Of a stretch of 32,000 nt of DNA, positions 31,464 to 32,000 are shown one piece after another. The notes beneath the pieces were generated by a model, which had not been told where the DNA came from, made no database searches, and saw only the letters and a list, made by a program, of their open reading frames with translations. The translations under genes and the position numbers were made by a program. Source of the stretch: Candidatus Nitrospira inopinata (GTDB lineage: Bacteria > Nitrospirota > Nitrospiria > Nitrospirales > Nitrospiraceae); assembly GCF_001458695.1 (NCBI RefSeq), contig NZ_LN885086.1, positions 1,560,001 through 1,592,000 on the forward strand, read 5' to 3'. Numbering within the stretch: the first letter of the stretch is position 1; the number at the start of each line of letters is the position of its first letter.

Positions 31464-32000
31464 CTATTTTTTCTCCTTGATGCATTCGATTTCCAGCCGG
31501 ATCTGAACTTCGTCACCGACGACCAAGCCTCCGCTGTCCAAGGCCTTGTTCCAGACCATGCCGAAATCTTTCCGGTTCAATTTGCCCTCGGCGCTGAAGC
31601 CGGCCCTCAGATTGCCCCACGGATCTTGGCTGACGCCGTTGAACGTTCCGACGAGCACCACCTCTTTCGTCACGCCGCGCAGCGTGAAGTCGCCGACGAC
31701 GGAATATTTGTCTCCTTGCTTGTCGTAACGCTTCATTTTGTAGGTCATCGTGGGATACCGCTGGACGTCGAGGAAGTCTTCGTTGCGCAGATGGGCGTCG
31801 CGTTTTTCGTGGTTGGTGTTGATCGACGCGGCGTTGATGACGGCCTCGATCGCCTTGAACGTCCTGGCGTCCGCGTCCATCTCGACGAACCCGTGATAGT
31901 CCAGGAATCGCCCTGTGGTTTTGGACACCATCACGTGCGCGACGCGAAATTCGATGAGCGAATGGTCCGGGTCGATATTCCATCGGGCCGTTTCGGCATG
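31464..32000 (-). CDS. YceI-family (polyisoprenoid-binding-like) protein, 5' end beyond the window
   Basis: The frame stays open upstream of the listed ORF to the window edge (...AETARWNIDPDHSLIEFRVAHVMVSKTTGRF...). 'W.IDP.HS.I.F.V.H...S...G.F', 'NHEKRDAHLR..DFLDV..YP' and 'LTLRGVTKEV'-type segments are typical of YceI. Confidence 0.8.
   Translation of the reverse strand, partial: HAETARWNIDPDHSLIEFRVAHVMVSKTTGRFLDYHGFVEMDADARTFKAIEAVINAASINTNHEKRDAHLRNEDFLDVQRYPTMTYKMKRYDKQGDKYSVVGDFTLRGVTKEVVLVGTFNGVSQDPWGNLRAGFSAEGKLNRKDFGMVWNKALDSGGLVVGDEVQIRLEIECIKEKK

Noticed and set aside
1-32000. Searched by eye for CRISPR arrays, IS/transposase/integrase genes, phage genes, toxin-antitoxin pairs and defence-system hallmarks, including around tRNA-Asn as a potential integration site
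   Set aside because: I found none. There are no regularly spaced repeats, no recombinase-like ORFs and no direct repeat of the tRNA 3' end. Gene content and composition look like core chromosome.

Overview
This is a GC-rich bacterial chromosomal window that looks like core genome rather than an island. I call about 34 protein-coding genes and one tRNA. I see no rRNA, CRISPR array, transposase, integrase or phage genes. All product calls come from motifs read by eye in the supplied translations. No homology search was run.

Gene content, left to right:
- 3-4793 (+): a tightly coupled Pup/UBact-proteasome module, dop - small modifier - prcB - prcA - pafA.
- 4744-6835: a convergent YheT-like alpha/beta hydrolase, a small secreted membrane protein and a c-type cytochrome.
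- 7049-7124 (-): tRNA-Asn(GUU) with its own terminator.
- 7548-11466 (-): a five-gene 2-oxoacid:ferredoxin oxidoreductase operon. It has a consensus sigma70 promoter, a leader of about 215 nt and a terminator.
- 11897-16509 (-): an OmpA-domain lipoprotein, then a membrane protein, polA and a DUF4177-like gene.
- 16620-20899: two DsrE-family paralogs, one of them paired with a TusA-like protein, plus nth, rpsU and a fused formimidoyltransferase-cyclodeaminase.
- 21085-24213: a Rieske non-haem-iron oxygenase and a CPA2/Kef-type antiporter with RCK domains.
- 24603-26998 (+): three consecutive secreted proteins or lipoproteins of unknown function.
- 27106-32000 (-): a co-directional run, yceI - Zn-ADH - VOC - MBL-fold protein with an unusual N-terminal extension - UDP-sugar epimerase.

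The combination of a Pup-like system whose modifier ends in ...RTGE with a five-subunit OFOR suggests a Nitrospira/Nitrospirota-like organism. That is an inference only.

I found no clearly new multi-gene system. The items most worth a second look are:
- the non-canonical Pup-like modifier;
- the possible PqqD-like/MBL fusion protein;
- the long leader of the OFOR operon;
- the DsrE2-TusA sulfur-relay pair;
- the secreted three-gene block.
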